Shown here in pieces: positions 62,980-64,000 of a stretch of 64,000 nt of DNA (the stretch's first letter is position 1; every line of letters begins with the position of its first letter). Made by a program: the position numbers and the translations under genes. The DNA comes from Candidatus Methanomethylicaceae archaeon. Its GTDB lineage: Archaea > Thermoproteota > Methanomethylicia > Methanomethylicales > Methanomethylicaceae. The DNA lies in contig JACTUC010000006.1 of NCBI GenBank assembly GCA_015660995.1, positions 14,565-78,564 of the forward strand, read 5' to 3'. Below the pieces are notes generated by a model, which was not told where the DNA came from, made no database searches, and was given only the letters and a program-made list of their open reading frames with translations.

Positions 62980-63744
62980 CTATAACTCGCAATTTATTAT
63001 GGCACCAATTGTGCTCCAACGTTCATCAGGCCAATCTTCTCTTAATAGCTTCCTCACTTGGATCTTCTCTTTAGATGCAAAGTTGCTGAGTAATGTTGTG
63101 TAATCTCGAATCCAATTCCCATTAAAATACTCGCCTAGTCCTGAATCAGGTTTAGGCGACTGCCACTCCACGAAGACCAGTCCCTTCTTCGCCAATCGCG
63201 TAAATTCTTTGATTGTATTCATTATCTTGTCTGGCCCAATGTAGATCAAGACTGCATCTGTAAAAACTACATCAAAGCTCTTGTTTTCGAACTGGGCGAG
63301 TTCGTCCGCCTTGGTGCAGATAAGCTTCGCGTTGGAAAAACCCTCTCTCCTAAGCAGGTCATTACCTCTCTCAACTGCTAGGGGATTAATGTCTACACCT
63401 ACTATCTTTGCATTGGGGAACTTCTTGGCCAAAAGGTAAACATTTGGTCCGCAGTTTGAACCAACCTCAAGCACGCTATTCGGTTTATACTGCGCGATGG
63501 TTTCAACAAGAAGAATCCTGTGTGGGTGATCTTTCGACTTCCAATAGCTCCCGACCCAATCCTCCTCTCCTTCAGCGGGGCCCAGGAGGTCCTTTCCATC
63601 CCTTAGGTGGCGAGTGGCCCATTGCTTCTCTTTCACACTGGTGCCGAGTACCCTCACCTTCAGGTACCTTGCATTATAACGAGTTTTAGATGCTGCGTCG
63701 TAAAGTGTGGGGGACTTTTTCAGCAGTTTTTTCAGCTTATCCAT
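62980..63744 (-). CDS. Class I SAM-dependent methyltransferase
   Basis: VLEVGSNCG, GVDIN, FDVVFT. Confidence 0.85.
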   Translation of the reverse strand: MDKLKKLLKKSPTLYDAASKTRYNARYLKVRVLGTSVKEKQWATRHLRDGKDLLGPAEGEEDWVGSYWKSKDHPHRILLVETIAQYKPNSVLEVGSNCGPNVYLLAKKFPNAKIVGVDINPLAVERGNDLLRREGFSNAKLICTKADELAQFENKSFDVVFTDAVLIYIGPDKIMNTIKEFTRLAKKGLVFVEWQSPKPDSGLGEYFNGNWIRDYTTLLSNFASKEKIQVRKLLREDWPDERWSTIGAIINCEL

Positions 63745-63752
63745 ACCATCGC

Positions 63753-64000
63753 CTAGGCGCTCTTGTAGAAGTTATGCACCACTCTGATAACGTAATTCAC
63801 TTGCTCGTCGGTGAGCTCTGGGTACAAGGGTAGAGACAACACCTCCCTTGAGATCTTCTCGGTGTTGGGAAGGTTAAAGTGCTCGAGCTTCAGAGCTGAC
63901 TGTAGATGGTTTGGAGTTCGCCAGGAGACCAGAATCTCAACGGAGTTGTTCTCCAGATATTTAACGAGCCTTTCGCGATCGCTCGCTTTCACCCTTATCA
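63753..64000 (-). CDS. DegT/DnrJ aminotransferase C-terminus (partial, runs off window)
   Basis: LPNTEKISREVLSLPLYPEL..EQV. Confidence 0.8.
   Translation of the reverse strand, partial: IRVKASDRERLVKYLENNSVEILVSWRTPNHLQSALKLEHFNLPNTEKISREVLSLPLYPELTDEQVNYVIRVVHNFYKSA

Overview
Archaeal chromosome segment, TACK-type. The 16S-23S operon has no spacer tRNA, there are BHB tRNA introns, crenarchaeal-type arginine decarboxylase and ArnR-like regulators, alongside PolD and methanogenesis marker genes. This combination best fits a Methanomethylicia/Verstraetearchaeota methanogen (inference, no search run). In order, the window holds: PolD large subunit, glyA, Sec61beta, hypF; an AT-rich trough at about 13.4-15.2 kb with ORB-like repeats (candidate replication origin, no adjacent cdc6); a signalling cluster (V4R, two ArnR-like paralogues, roadblock-like protein, lone REC); SOD, tiaS, tsr3, RNase P RNA, 16S/23S rRNA; acs-satP, LigD phosphoesterase, proBAC, aRF1; four tRNAs spread across 22-43 kb; and an N-glycosylation/sugar cluster (AglH, split Alg14/Alg13, WbpB/D/E-like). 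The standout is a co-oriented, largely translationally coupled 7-gene cluster at 48073-55664: aksA - Mmp4/MtxX - aksD - aksE - non-AHAS ThDP enzyme - Mmp11 (TiaS-kinase-like) - GMC oxidoreductase. It looks like a coenzyme B biosynthesis operon offering candidates for the late steps that have no assigned enzyme. No CRISPR array or mobile element was seen.
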